Below are positions 33,794 to 34,682 of a DNA stretch of 34,682 bases, in pieces; the first letter of the stretch is position 1, and every line of letters begins with the position of its first letter. A model generated the notes under the pieces. It searched no databases. It was not told where the DNA came from and was given only the letters and a program-made list of their open reading frames with translations. The position numbers and the translations under genes were made by a program. The stretch comes from Nemertoderma westbladi (lineage: Eukaryota; Animalia; Xenacoelomorpha): assembly GCA_032718475.1 (NCBI GenBank), contig JAUCBJ010005399.1, positions 1 to 34,682 of the forward strand. Reading direction: 5' to 3'.

Positions 33794-34059
33794 GTAACTG
33801 GTGCAATATCGACGGAGACACCTTTTTCAAACGCTTGTAGCTAAAGAATGAAAGCAAAAATAAAAATTCTGGCTAACCCATCAAGGAGGAGGGAGGTGAA
33901 ATTATGTCTCTTTCAAACTTCATGCAATCTCACTAAGATTTGTAGAAAAATTGGGGGGGGGGGGGGGGGGGGGCAGGTACCTGAATAACAAACTATATTC
34001 CAGGACATGGTACTGTAGTAAGTAGTCCTTGGGCATTACTAAACAAGCCAATAATAGGA

Positions 34060-34311
34060 GGGGTGAGTACAAAACAAAGACCAAATACCCAAGACCCGCT
34101 GTAAAAACAAAAATGTAAAGTCGCGTTAGATCCCAAAGAGCGTTCAGGCGTTAGGTCCCATTGCCATTTAAAGGAGCAGGTTAGTAAAGGAGCAGGTAAC
34201 AGAAACAGAGGCGTGTTGGGGGAACCAAAACAATAAACGAAAGCTAACACATGTTACAATATTATGTAGGTTACTTAATTGGGTCTTTTGTCTTTGTTTT
34301 GTACTCACCCC
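34060..34311. mobile_element. MITE-like element with 22-bp TIR
   Basis: GGGGTGAGTACAAAACAAAGAC / GTCTTTGTTTTGTACTCACCCC; interior shared with 9201-9328. Confidence 0.75.
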
Positions 34312-34592
34312 CGATAGGAGGGGTGTAAATTAATAGAGTACCAACGTCAATATGTCTTTCCTTGGATACATAATGATCAATATGGATAAATAATGATCCA
34401 GGTTCCAGGTCAAAAGAAGACCGCTATCTTACCTACTAGAACTACTACAACTACATGCAGACATGTACCTCTACCAGTTGTGGCCGTTAACTTCAAAGTG
34501 TTTGGAGTGACTCGACACTCTGATGCCAATCATTTCATACTGTACTTCACCACAGAACCAAGGCCAAGCCGCAATTGACATACCACCTCAAA

Positions 34593-34630
34593 CACCATGT
34601 CCTAAAATATAGTTTCTTTATTCAGGTACC
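34593..34630 (+). repeat. Fragment of the TIR family of the 32116-34031 element
   Basis: ACACCATGTCCTAAAATATAGTTTCTTTATTCAGGTACC ~ 32132-32170. Confidence 0.7.
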
Positions 34631-34682
34631 ACACTCATATCTCAGCTATTTTATTTTATGACGGAATTCATTATTATTGTGT

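Larger units (their letters stand above)
32116..34031. mobile_element. Non-autonomous P-element/hAT-like transposon with long imperfect TIRs, carrying a nested retro-insertion
   Basis: Ends CAAGGACTACT...AGTAGTCCTTG; 8-bp TSD GGCATTAC (32108-32115, 34032-34039). Inverted homology continues ~140 bp through CCATGTCCTGGAATATAGT, TTATTCAGGTACCT, poly-C/G and CTACAAATCTTA. Confidence 0.9.

Overview
AT-rich, repeat-laden genomic DNA from an invertebrate animal; the taxon cannot be fixed from sequence alone. Six ORFs have no intron in the coding region: a divergent XRCC4-family protein with a shortened stalk fused to a B-box-like module and two NZF/RanBP2 zinc fingers (+), a tightly spaced CIAO2B (FAM96B) -> GTF3C3 pair (-, 86 bp apart, with a branch point and AG in the gap), an OCIA-domain-like ORF interrupted by a Harbinger-type MITE (-), and a small TM ORF -> ST7 pair (-). 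One TATA-box, 4-exon secreted chymotrypsin/elastase-like protease (+) keeps its introns, and its intron 2 holds a ~4.9 kb, 40-bp satellite. The intergenic DNA contains non-autonomous TIR elements (P/hAT-like with 8-bp TSD, Harbinger-like, Sola-like, one with a 5-bp TSD, Kolobok-like), two 5'-truncated RTE LINEs (one apparently a CR1/RTE chimera inside a single TSD pair), minisatellites and poly-G/C tracts. Best leads: operon-like, possibly trans-spliced intronless housekeeping pairs; a repurposed XRCC4 lacking the Ligase IV-binding segment; a MITE whose removal restores an ORF. All homology calls come from remembered motifs, not database searches.
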